In this document: positions 17,772 through 26,454 of the stretch, one piece after another
Layout: every line of letters starts with the position of its first letter
How positions within the stretch are numbered: the stretch's first letter is position 1
DNA from: an uncultured Bdellovibrio sp.
GTDB lineage: Bacteria > Bdellovibrionota > Bdellovibrionia > Bdellovibrionales > Bdellovibrionaceae
DNA length: 64,000 bases
Assembly (NCBI GenBank): GCA_963932905.1
Contig: CAWVRN010000003.1
Span: forward strand, 96,001 to 160,000
Direction: 5' to 3'
The notes under the pieces: generated by a model
Database searches by the model: none
What the model saw: the letters and a program-made list of their open reading frames with translations, nothing else
Told to the model about the DNA's origin: nothing
Translations under genes and position numbers: made by a program

Positions 17772-18946
17772 TGGCCTTGGTCGCTTTTCTTATATCACGC
17801 GCATGCAGTGTTTTCGGATTGCAGATCATAGCCTGCACGTTTATTTTCAGAATCGTTGAACGTGGTGCTGATGCCTACAGTTTGAGTCAACTAGGTCTTG
17901 TGGCCACCGTGGCTTCACTCGCCTTTGCTTTTCCTTTGGGTTTTATCATCGATCACATGAATAAAAGATCTGCGATTTTAGTTTCGCATTTTATTTTGTT
18001 ACTTTTAGTTATTAGTCTGAGCATTTTAAATCCGTTTAACTTTTTACCTATCCTAGTAGCAACGGGACTAATTGCGGTCTCTAGAAATTTTCGCAGTATT
18101 TCGCAATTCACAGTTTTCGGCGAATTATTGCGAAATAAAGCCAACAAAGATCGCTGGGTGAACCGCTCGACATTGTCGTGGCAAATCGCGGCATTTATAG
18201 CCCCGTTACTTGCGGGCATACTGGGTGCTGGCGTCCTGTCATTGATAGTGGCTTGCGCGTTTATCAGCGTGTCGTTCTTCTGCCAAATTTACATTGTTCG
18301 ATTTTTAGAAGATGTTTCTACAGATAGCGACGCTACGGCAGTAACAACTCATGGACTAATTCAATTCCTGCAGTCTAACTTTAGATTGTATTCCTCACTG
18401 ACACTGGATTTTTTTATTGTTCTATTTGCCGGCGCGGCCTCGCTGTTACCTTTCCTGCACCCTGGGCGCGATTCATCACTTGATATCGGTATTTTAAAAT
18501 CCGCCCTGCCCGCCGGAGTTATTTTTGGAACATGGATACGACTACAAAAGCCATCGCTAGATGGCTGGGCTGAAAAACTTTTATTGGCGACGCTTGGTTA
18601 TGGTTTTTGTCATTTACTTTTAGCTGAGTCGTCGTCGTTTTATTTTAGCTACACACTACTTTTTGGCGCCGGCATTTTTGATGCCTTAAGCCTGGCGGTA
18701 CGTGAATGTATTCTACAACTAGAAACGCCTGCACAATTCAAAGGTCGCGTGTATGCATTAAATAATTTTTTAGTGAACGCATCGGATGAACTAAGTGAAT
18801 GGGAATCCGGCGTTGCGGCAAGCTGGGTGGGCGTTAGAACAGCGATTCGCATTAGTGGTTTAGTCGCATTATTTGGCGCCAGCGTATTTGCCTGGAAAAC
18901 AAAGCAGCATCAACAACGCGCACTTACAAAAATTTCCGTGGATTGA
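17771..18946 (+). CDS. MFS transporter
   Basis: About 12 TM, GFIIDHMNKR motif A variant, LQLETPAQFKGRV, ELSEWESG (EntS/H+ antiporter-like). Confidence 0.85.
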   Translation: MALVAFLISRACSVFGLQIIACTFIFRIVERGADAYSLSQLGLVATVASLAFAFPLGFIIDHMNKRSAILVSHFILLLLVISLSILNPFNFLPILVATGLIAVSRNFRSISQFTVFGELLRNKANKDRWVNRSTLSWQIAAFIAPLLAGILGAGVLSLIVACAFISVSFFCQIYIVRFLEDVSTDSDATAVTTHGLIQFLQSNFRLYSSLTLDFFIVLFAGAASLLPFLHPGRDSSLDIGILKSALPAGVIFGTWIRLQKPSLDGWAEKLLLATLGYGFCHLLLAESSSFYFSYTLLFGAGIFDALSLAVRECILQLETPAQFKGRVYALNNFLVNASDELSEWESGVAASWVGVRTAIRISGLVALFGASVFAWKTKQHQQRALTKISVD

Positions 18947-19010
18947 TGCCAGTCTCGCGGGGCACGATGTCCCCGACTTCGTTTTTAAGTTTCATAAAAT
19001 GCCATTCACG

Positions 19011-19026
19011 TGGCTAGCCGATTGCT
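19011..19026 (+). promoter_or_regulatory. Sigma54 promoter candidate
   Basis: TGGCTAGCCGATTGCT, near-consensus GG-N10-GC. Confidence 0.65.
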
Positions 19027-19064
19027 ATAGTTATTTATAGATATTTAATGGCACGAGAGGAATT

Positions 19065-19226
19065 ATGGAAATTAAAAACGATCAAAATGAATCTCGTCAG
19101 GAAACCGAATCTGAGTCACCGAAGAGTAAGCTTCTCCCTGAGTTTATTCAAATGGATGACCAAGAATCGACGACCAATACATTTAATCCAAGGCGATTTC
19201 TAGAATTGTTTTCGCCTGGGTTTTAG
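19065..19226 (+). CDS. Small 53-aa hypothetical protein (not in ORF track)
   Basis: MEIKNDQNESRQETESESPKSKLLPEFIQMDDQESTTNTFNPRRFLELFSPGF; GAGG RBS, upstream sigma54 box, downstream terminator. Confidence 0.55.
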   Translation: MEIKNDQNESRQETESESPKSKLLPEFIQMDDQESTTNTFNPRRFLELFSPGF

Positions 19227-19247
19227 CACGAATTAAATGTCACTTTG

Positions 19248-19294
19248 TGAGCGGATAGCACGTATCAGCGTGCTATCCGCTCAATCTTTTTTTT
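19248..19294 (+). terminator. Rho-independent terminator
   Basis: 15-bp perfect stem TGAGCGGATAGCACG/CGTGCTATCCGCTCA then T8 run. Confidence 0.8.
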
Positions 19295-19487
19295 CCGACA
19301 GTAATGTTAATCATTCTATTCGGATGTGGCGGCGGCCAGTGTTGCTCTGGACGCTTTGAACACGGCTCAAGATTCTTTACATGCCTCCCACCGCTATTAC
19401 AATCCGTATGGATATAGAGAATTTACATAGAAATAGTTTTTGCGTTTATTAGCGTTCCGACTTAGGGCAAAATCTTTTCACTAGACT

Positions 19488-20330
19488 ATGAACAGCCGTC
19501 ATTCGCAAAAACCTTCTGCCGTTAACACCAAGACTAAACCTCTGAATCTATTTTATCAAAACGGCTATATTACCTCGTCAGAAAAACGCGAGATCTTGGA
19601 TTACATCTATAGTTTAAAACCCATTTGGGAAATGCGCTACCCCGAAGGAACGGACGACAACCGTCAACTGCTAAGGCCTGTGTACTGGCTAGGCAATTGG
19701 CAATTTGCCTGTCTAGATTACTACCATCCACCGAAAGGAATTTTCAATCGTGCGGTCGCGGCCGAAGATTTTCCCGCATGTATTCAAAAGGTTGTTGATC
19801 GTATCGAAAGTAAAGTTAAAAGTGATTTCGACAGTCGCGATATCCCCCGCGGTTGGGAACTGAACACCTGCTTGATTAATTTTTACGGCAATCGCGTGAT
19901 CAACGGAAAGAAAGAAGACTTCGCCCGCGTTGGTGAACACAAAGACTTCGAACCTGGCCCTGTAGGCTCAGTATCCTTCGGTGAAAAAGCATTATTTCAG
20001 TTTGTAGACAGCCCAAACAAAGGCAGCAAAAGCACGGTGATCTTGCAACAATGGCTAGAGGATAGTTCCGTACAAATCTTTGGCGGCGACAAATTTAAAA
20101 AGAGACTCTTCCACCGCGTTCAACGCGTCGAGGACAAAGGCTTCACTTTCAAAAACGCTCAAACTGGCGATTTTGAAACAAGACGAATCAACCTAACCTT
20201 CCGTTACGTCCCCAGAGAACACTTCGTAAACGTAAACCGCTTGCCTGAAGACCTACAAAAACACATAGCCCCATACATCCAAGAGCTAGCAAAAAACTCC
20301 AAATTCTGGAAATCCCAGGGTACCTCCTAA
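19488..20330 (+). CDS. AlkB-like 2OG-Fe(II) dioxygenase
   Basis: NTCLINFY, HKD (HxD), SVSFG, distal H in FHRV, RINLTFR. Confidence 0.85.
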   Translation: MNSRHSQKPSAVNTKTKPLNLFYQNGYITSSEKREILDYIYSLKPIWEMRYPEGTDDNRQLLRPVYWLGNWQFACLDYYHPPKGIFNRAVAAEDFPACIQKVVDRIESKVKSDFDSRDIPRGWELNTCLINFYGNRVINGKKEDFARVGEHKDFEPGPVGSVSFGEKALFQFVDSPNKGSKSTVILQQWLEDSSVQIFGGDKFKKRLFHRVQRVEDKGFTFKNAQTGDFETRRINLTFRYVPREHFVNVNRLPEDLQKHIAPYIQELAKNSKFWKSQGTS

Positions 20331-20385
20331 CATTCTGGTACCCAGCGCGTCTAACGCCGCGGGTACCAGAATGTTAGGAGGTACC
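20319..20385. repeat. 25-bp perfect inverted repeat (REP-like/terminator)
   Basis: GGTACCTCCTAACATTCTGGTACCC / GGGTACCAGAATGTTAGGAGGTACC with 17-nt loop, followed by T8. Confidence 0.85.
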
Positions 20386-20395
20386 TTTTTTTTCC

Positions 20396-21421
20396 CTACT
20401 GTTGGGTGTAGGATGCGGCTTCGAAATCTACGCGAATTTTGGTTCCGTCGGGTTGATTTGGGTCTAGTTCTAGTTTGTCGCCTAAATAGATTGCGTTTAG
20501 TTCGGCGTCGAAAGACCAGCCGTATTCGGCGTCGCTTGGGACTTCTTGAGTGCCGTAGAACACTCGGATGGTGCTAACAATTGGGGCGCGGCTTAGGTAA
20601 ATAGTGTTCGATACTTGCTTTGCCAAGTCTTCCGCCACCGACGCTAACTTGTCACCGAAATCTGGGGCGCACAGATTAAATATGTTATTTCCTTTGTTGA
20701 TCGTCATCGACAAAAACTGCTCAATCAATAGTGGCTCTTTATTGTACTCGTCGCGACCGCATTGATCATCCTTGTAACCGCTTGGGATGATCGCTCCGTA
20801 TGCTAAGATCTTTTCACGCTTGCCTTTAATTTTTAGCAAATGATCGTATAAAGAAATGGATGATTCTTTACTTTGATCTTCGGCATCCGTAATGAAAATT
20901 ACTGCCAAGTGCGCATCTGGACGCAAGAACCCTGCATTCACACCCGTATCTAACGGAGGCGATAAAGCGGCGATGATCGGATCAAACGATCTTTCTGTTC
21001 CTGAACCCACTGTCCCTAAAATCAAACGAGTCGCCAAGTCTTTCTCCGGTCCTGGAGTTGCTCTATCAACAAACAGGGGACTTCCTATCAAACGACCACA
21101 GCATTTTCCCGTGATTCCCCCATCCATGTCAGTTGATAAAACGCCGATGTGGTAGTCAATACTAACACGGTTGAAGAATGCCGAAATAAATCGACCCACA
21201 TTCGCTGCCAAATTTTTTTGATGCGCATCCATACTGCCCGAGTTATCTACAACAAAAAGAATATCTACCTTAGGATCTTTAACCATGTAGTCGTTATCTT
21301 TAACGACTTTTTCATTTGTTAAATCCGGCTTAGCTTGCATCTTTGGACTGTCTGGAGAACAGGAACTGATCACCAAAGCGAGAACCACTGACAAAACTAA
21401 CATCGCTTGCGATTTAATCAT
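20396..21421 (-). CDS. vWA-domain lipoprotein (CglB-like adhesin of gliding cluster)
   Basis: Lipobox ISSC, MIDAS DILFVVDNSGSM, IFITDAED. Confidence 0.8.
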   Translation of the reverse strand: MIKSQAMLVLSVVLALVISSCSPDSPKMQAKPDLTNEKVVKDNDYMVKDPKVDILFVVDNSGSMDAHQKNLAANVGRFISAFFNRVSIDYHIGVLSTDMDGGITGKCCGRLIGSPLFVDRATPGPEKDLATRLILGTVGSGTERSFDPIIAALSPPLDTGVNAGFLRPDAHLAVIFITDAEDQSKESSISLYDHLLKIKGKREKILAYGAIIPSGYKDDQCGRDEYNKEPLLIEQFLSMTINKGNNIFNLCAPDFGDKLASVAEDLAKQVSNTIYLSRAPIVSTIRVFYGTQEVPSDAEYGWSFDAELNAIYLGDKLELDPNQPDGTKIRVDFEAASYTQQ

Positions 21422-23007
21422 AGAGTCTTCCTTGCTTGGCAGCCTTTTTTGATATCGACTTTATAGTTTGTTAATTCATCAAACCAAAATTCTTTACTGA
21501 GTGGGAATTTCAAAGCATCGTCTTTTTGCGAACCCGTTGTTCCTGTTTTAACTACGGCCGCATCACTTTTCAAACTCGCTTTTAAACGATCCGCCACATT
21601 CACTTGTTGAATCACTTCAACTTCAATAATTTTAAGCTTATTCAAAACTTTTTTAACTTCAGCAAGTTCTAATACCGCTAGTTCTTTCACACGACCGACA
21701 GAAGCCGATTGAGCCATCTGCATTCTTTGGTTCGTCTGGTTTTTCATACGATCAAAGAAAGCTTGCAAGCCTGTTTGCTGTAACGATTTAGCGTAGATTT
21801 TTTCAGCTACCGCTGCTTCATCTTTTAATAAACCTTCTGCGCTGACTAAGAATCGTAATTTTTCATCACGGACCATATTTCTTGGCAGTGATTTACTGAT
21901 CGCAACTAAATCTTTTGCTTTCAATGTTTTAGACGCCATTTCACTTAATGCCCGTTTAACAAAGATATCATCCGCATCTGTCGAAATTTTTTCTAAATAT
22001 ATAGACTTAGCTTTGAATTCCAAAGGGAACGCCTTCAGAGTCTCTAGCACAGCTGGATAGTCACACACTTTTAATTGTGATAACCCACGAACCATCCATG
22101 CCTCGGGTCCGATCTGGCCAGACAGATTTGGATTCACAAGAGTCTGAGTCACTGCAATTGCGTTCTGAGGTTCACCCTTACGAACAAACGCCCATGTTTT
22201 CTCTTCTTGCGCTTGGAAGTAATAATCTGACGCTTTAGGAATTTTTTCGAAATACTTGGCCGATGCATCTAGGTAGCCATTTTGGTACAGCATGCGAGCC
22301 GCCGTTAGATTCATTAAATCTACCGGTACTGGATTATTCGGAGCCTTCATTAAGGCCGCCATGATTTTTGCCGCTTTATCTGCTTGATCGTTCATTGCGT
22401 ATGACAAAGCTAAGTGCCAATCGATCAATGCGCGTTCTTTAGAGTTTACCGGAGCTTTCATCGCTAACGTATTTAATTCATCCGCAGATCTTTGCAGTGA
22501 TAAGTCGGCGGCAAGAACGCGAACTTCAATCACGCGACCAAAGATTTCGCCCCAGCCTTGTGCCCATTTAATACGAGCCACAAACCACGCTTTGTGATCT
22601 TCTTTCGCAGCTTCGCGCCATTCGTTGATCAACTGGAAGTGAATTTTCTTAGGATCCTGAACAATAAATAATTCTTCAAGACCAGTCACCGGCATCCCTG
22701 CTTTAAAGAACATCAAACCTTTAAGTGCAATCCCATTTTCCGTTGCTTCAAATGACGTGTTGTTGAACGCTGGTCCATATTGGATGAGCGCTTCAGTCCA
22801 GTGACCATCTTCGATCTGACGTAAAAAAAAGTTTTGCTCTGGCGTTGGGTTACCTAGCAAACTGCGAACTGTATCCGCTAAGAAACTTTGATTACGGCGA
22901 GTTTGCGTTTCTGCTTTACCATCGAGCAAAGCTTCCATATCTTGCGCATAAACTGCGGCCGATAAAAAAAATAGTGCACTTAAAATATATCGTTTCACAG
23001 CAACCAT
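21418..23007 (-). CDS. TPR protein, GltC-like component of Agl/Glt cluster
   Basis: Signal peptide, TPR-like helices, C-terminal EFWFDELTNYKVDIKKGC. Confidence 0.65.
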   Translation of the reverse strand: MVAVKRYILSALFFLSAAVYAQDMEALLDGKAETQTRRNQSFLADTVRSLLGNPTPEQNFFLRQIEDGHWTEALIQYGPAFNNTSFEATENGIALKGLMFFKAGMPVTGLEELFIVQDPKKIHFQLINEWREAAKEDHKAWFVARIKWAQGWGEIFGRVIEVRVLAADLSLQRSADELNTLAMKAPVNSKERALIDWHLALSYAMNDQADKAAKIMAALMKAPNNPVPVDLMNLTAARMLYQNGYLDASAKYFEKIPKASDYYFQAQEEKTWAFVRKGEPQNAIAVTQTLVNPNLSGQIGPEAWMVRGLSQLKVCDYPAVLETLKAFPLEFKAKSIYLEKISTDADDIFVKRALSEMASKTLKAKDLVAISKSLPRNMVRDEKLRFLVSAEGLLKDEAAVAEKIYAKSLQQTGLQAFFDRMKNQTNQRMQMAQSASVGRVKELAVLELAEVKKVLNKLKIIEVEVIQQVNVADRLKASLKSDAAVVKTGTTGSQKDDALKFPLSKEFWFDELTNYKVDIKKGCQARKTL

Positions 23008-23720
23008 CCCACTTGCACAGAAGCAATCGCCAGATCCAAGTTTTTAGGACCCGTGATATATTCCACATTGTATTTTTGATAACGTAATTCTAAACGAGTT
23101 GAAATATTCTGAGCCATCCAAAAACCAATACCACCACCAATTGTGTACGTCGGTTTCGATCCCGACTTGAGTTCCACTTGGCCAACACCTAGCAAACCGT
23201 AAACGTCAAACTGAGCAATACTTTTATCAAATATGTTCATTTTTCCGTAGATTGGGTACCAATTCAGCATCACAAGTGATTCACTCTTTTGGTGATCAAT
23301 TTCAGGAATCGGCATCGTTGGATTTCTTGGATTTGCTAAACGATCTGCCGAAGCCGCATCAATCATTGCTTCACCTTCAGCCGTTAACTTGTTGAATGTG
23401 TAATTATATTTTGCACCCACTGACCATCTGTGATTGATATGATAGTTGATATTCATACCCATACTTTGTGATTTCGTGTACGTATCATCGCCGCCCATTG
23501 TTCCTGAAAACTCAGGCGCAAATTCGAAACGATTTTTTCTTGGCACGATACGATCTTGAACCACTTCCACTTTTGTATCAGGGTTCAGTTCACGTGCTTT
23601 ATCTAAGATAATTTGATTGCCACCTAAATTATCAAATTCAGCTTCTACAGTCTGAGCCAGTGAACTGAATGATAGTGATGACAACAACAATATTGAAGTT
23701 ACTAATAAACTCGTTTTCAT
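22995..23720 (-). CDS. Outer-membrane beta-barrel protein (GltA/B/H-like)
   Basis: Signal peptide, VVQDR, PIYGK, alternating beta strands, C-terminal VGWLL. Confidence 0.75.
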   Translation of the reverse strand: MKTSLLVTSILLLSSLSFSSLAQTVEAEFDNLGGNQIILDKARELNPDTKVEVVQDRIVPRKNRFEFAPEFSGTMGGDDTYTKSQSMGMNINYHINHRWSVGAKYNYTFNKLTAEGEAMIDAASADRLANPRNPTMPIPEIDHQKSESLVMLNWYPIYGKMNIFDKSIAQFDVYGLLGVGQVELKSGSKPTYTIGGGIGFWMAQNISTRLELRYQKYNVEYITGPKNLDLAIASVQVGWLL

Positions 23721-24946
23721 GGAGCTTCCTCCCCTTCATCTTCACCTGGTGGATCTACTGGTGGTTTTGGCTGCACAGGTGGAACTACATCACCAGGACC
23801 TTTTACAACTTTGTATTTAAGTGTGAGTGTCTCTTCAACCGGAGTCACTTCAGTGTAATAACGCTTCACTGCTTTTACTTTGAATGACATTTCTGCTGGC
23901 CCTAAATTTTCAGTCTTAGATACTTTCCATTTAAAGTTACACGTCATGAAACCTTTTGCGCTGTATTCATCGCATTTGATTTCTGCATCCGCTGGAATTT
24001 CGGATTTATCAACCACTTCAAATTCAGCACGAGCCGTCGATTCGTAAACGATGAACGAGTAATTGTAAGTTAAACCCGTCGGGATTAAAACTTCTTCCGT
24101 CCACGACGTTTTCAAATCACCAAACTTAGCTAATAATTTAGTGTTAACTGAATAAGGATTGCTTGGTTTGTTGTAGCGTGAAACAGCTCTTAGGCCAAAC
24201 CCCGCAGACGAATAACCTTCCACCATGCCTTTTGAACTTTCGATAGAAAGTTCAAAAAGGAAATCACGTTTTTGAAAATCGGGAGTGATTTTGTTAATTC
24301 TTATAAATGGAGTTAGCGTAATCGTTGCATAGTCAGGCTGCAGCAGTTCTAATCTTGGATACGTTTCAGATGCTGGACCTGCATCTTCATCATGAACCAA
24401 AACTGTGAACGTTGAGGACGCACCTTCTACGAAACCATCTGCCGGTAAACCGCTCACCGTGGTGATAATTGGCCTATCCATGGCACGCTCAACTACAATT
24501 TCAACGGTTCTTTCGTTTGTGAAAATCTTGGCACCGGCATCCGTTGCATGCTTAGCAAAAACGCGGACTTTTAATTCCATCGTTTTACTTAAACCATCAA
24601 ATACCAGCCCTTTTGGAGGAGTCCATGCAAATTCACCGGTTACCGAATCAAATGTAGCTCCTGGGAAGTCTGCTTCATTTGAAATTTGAGTTATAACATC
24701 ATAGTCAGAGGCTAACACCGAACTTAAGATCGAGAACTTACCTTCGCGCCCTTCAGAGAAGGTGTATTTAGGAACAGAGTTAATACGAATGGCTTCGCTT
24801 TTCTCAGGTTCAGGAGTTTTCACTTTTTCTTGCGGAACCTGCACATTTTTTACTTCATCGCCTTTGTTAGCTAATGGGTCTTGATTAAGACCGCAACCTA
24901 ACGAAAGAAGCACAACGCTGCTAAATATGATATTTAACTTTTTCAT
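23717..24946 (-). CDS. Lipoprotein with Ig/cadherin-like domains
   Basis: Lipobox SLGC, PGATFDSVTGEFAWTP Ig-like motif. Confidence 0.65.
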   Translation of the reverse strand: MKKLNIIFSSVVLLSLGCGLNQDPLANKGDEVKNVQVPQEKVKTPEPEKSEAIRINSVPKYTFSEGREGKFSILSSVLASDYDVITQISNEADFPGATFDSVTGEFAWTPPKGLVFDGLSKTMELKVRVFAKHATDAGAKIFTNERTVEIVVERAMDRPIITTVSGLPADGFVEGASSTFTVLVHDEDAGPASETYPRLELLQPDYATITLTPFIRINKITPDFQKRDFLFELSIESSKGMVEGYSSAGFGLRAVSRYNKPSNPYSVNTKLLAKFGDLKTSWTEEVLIPTGLTYNYSFIVYESTARAEFEVVDKSEIPADAEIKCDEYSAKGFMTCNFKWKVSKTENLGPAEMSFKVKAVKRYYTEVTPVEETLTLKYKVVKGPGDVVPPVQPKPPVDPPGEDEGEEAP

Positions 24947-24949
24947 AAA

Positions 24950-26080
24950 TTACCCCTGTCCTGATCTACGAAGCACGAATGGATACGAAACTTTCACGTC
25001 CACGCCACCTTCTGGTAACGGAAACTGCCAAGTTTTCAAACGCATCACCATGCAATCTTCGATCATTTTTGAATTTAAAGTCGTATTCTCAATTCCCGCG
25101 GCTTTAACAAGACCGTTGGCACCGATAGTAAAATCGATCGCCACACGACCACTGAGTTTTGCATCGCTTTGCAAACCTTGCTCGTAGCAGAAACGGATTT
25201 GACCCATATTTTTTTGAATTACTGCAGCGATCATGTCTTTATCCAGACCGCGTGCTACCGACGCTTCTTGGCCCAAAGGAATTGGCATCGCCCCTGATGA
25301 ACCAGTTAACGACAATTTTCCATACCCCGCTTGACCGCCGCCTTTACCTTTAGTTCCGTAACCACCAGCACCTTGAACATTGCCGCCCGCACCTAGAGGT
25401 GCGCTGACCATGCCCTTAGCATACAAAGATGTCTGTACGCCACCGCTGCCAGCCGTTCCGCCTAAACCAGGACCAGCCGTTGTTTGCGTTGCTGATAAAT
25501 CTAAGCCACCTTTTTGTTTACTGTTGCTTAGACTACCTAATGCTGACAAAGCACCCATACGTTTTAAGCTATTGCTTTTTTGTTGGACCGTTTTTGTGAC
25601 TGATTCTTGTTGCATATTCGTTGTATTCTGCAAACGAACTGGTTCTGGCTTTTTGATATGCTTTACGATTTGAACCAAATGCTGTTTTAATTCTTCTTCT
25701 AACTTTGGAGTTTCTTTCGGAGCTAAGCGAATTAAACCTAAAACACCAACGAACATCAAAACCACCGCACCGATAGTTAAGTACCATTGCTTTTTGTTTT
25801 CTTTAGAATCCGCGATATTCCCTGCCACTGGCCCAACATCGGTCACCAGTTTTAGATGCCCCAAGGCGCCGACCGAAAAACCATTCATGCGCAATTGTTC
25901 TGCGCTGATTTCACCAAGGTCTTCAAAATCGATTCGACGTTGCTCCAATGACTCTACTTCCTTGCGCACTTCTATTCGCCGAGTGTCTGAACGACGAATC
26001 ACACGCGCCGGAGTTTTATCCCAGGAAAATGTTCTAACTGTGTTGCCTTCGTTATCTTGTAAGACTAACTGAGTATCCAT
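24950..26080 (-). CDS. AgmX/PglI (GltG-like) protein with TonB C-terminal-type domain
   Basis: Single TM, Gly-rich linker, IRFCYEQGLQ...GRVAIDFTI...WQFPLPEGG...VSYPF. Confidence 0.85.
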   Translation of the reverse strand: MDTQLVLQDNEGNTVRTFSWDKTPARVIRRSDTRRIEVRKEVESLEQRRIDFEDLGEISAEQLRMNGFSVGALGHLKLVTDVGPVAGNIADSKENKKQWYLTIGAVVLMFVGVLGLIRLAPKETPKLEEELKQHLVQIVKHIKKPEPVRLQNTTNMQQESVTKTVQQKSNSLKRMGALSALGSLSNSKQKGGLDLSATQTTAGPGLGGTAGSGGVQTSLYAKGMVSAPLGAGGNVQGAGGYGTKGKGGGQAGYGKLSLTGSSGAMPIPLGQEASVARGLDKDMIAAVIQKNMGQIRFCYEQGLQSDAKLSGRVAIDFTIGANGLVKAAGIENTTLNSKMIEDCMVMRLKTWQFPLPEGGVDVKVSYPFVLRRSGQG

Positions 26081-26094
26081 GGCATCCCTTCTTA

Positions 26095-26454
26095 TTAGTA
26101 GCGTCCAGCCGACTGTTCAATTTTATCTTTAAAATCAGTACGAATCCCAAGTAAAGAATCCAAAACTTTATCTTCCTCAACTGTAGTTACAGCTTCGTCA
26201 GAAAAATGGTATTTACCTTGGACTAATAAATCTTCGAAATTATGTTCAGTTTTTTCAGTCTTTGCTGGTCCGTTGGCTTGCACCTGTGGTGCAGTTGCCG
26301 GAGCGGCGGCCACAGGAGCTGGTGTTGCTGCCGGTGCTGCTTGCACTGCCGGTGTAGCCGCGGAAGCCACCGGTGCTTTCGCATCGTCTGCCATCGCGCT
26401 CAAACCTAAAAATCCAACCGCTAATACAAATGTCCTAGTTACTAGCTTTTTCAT
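26095..26454 (-). CDS. Small secreted protein (GltF-like)
   Basis: Signal peptide, Ala/Pro linker, NFEDLLVQG...RTDFKDKI. Confidence 0.6.
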   Translation of the reverse strand: MKKLVTRTFVLAVGFLGLSAMADDAKAPVASAATPAVQAAPAATPAPVAAAPATAPQVQANGPAKTEKTEHNFEDLLVQGKYHFSDEAVTTVEEDKVLDSLLGIRTDFKDKIEQSAGRY

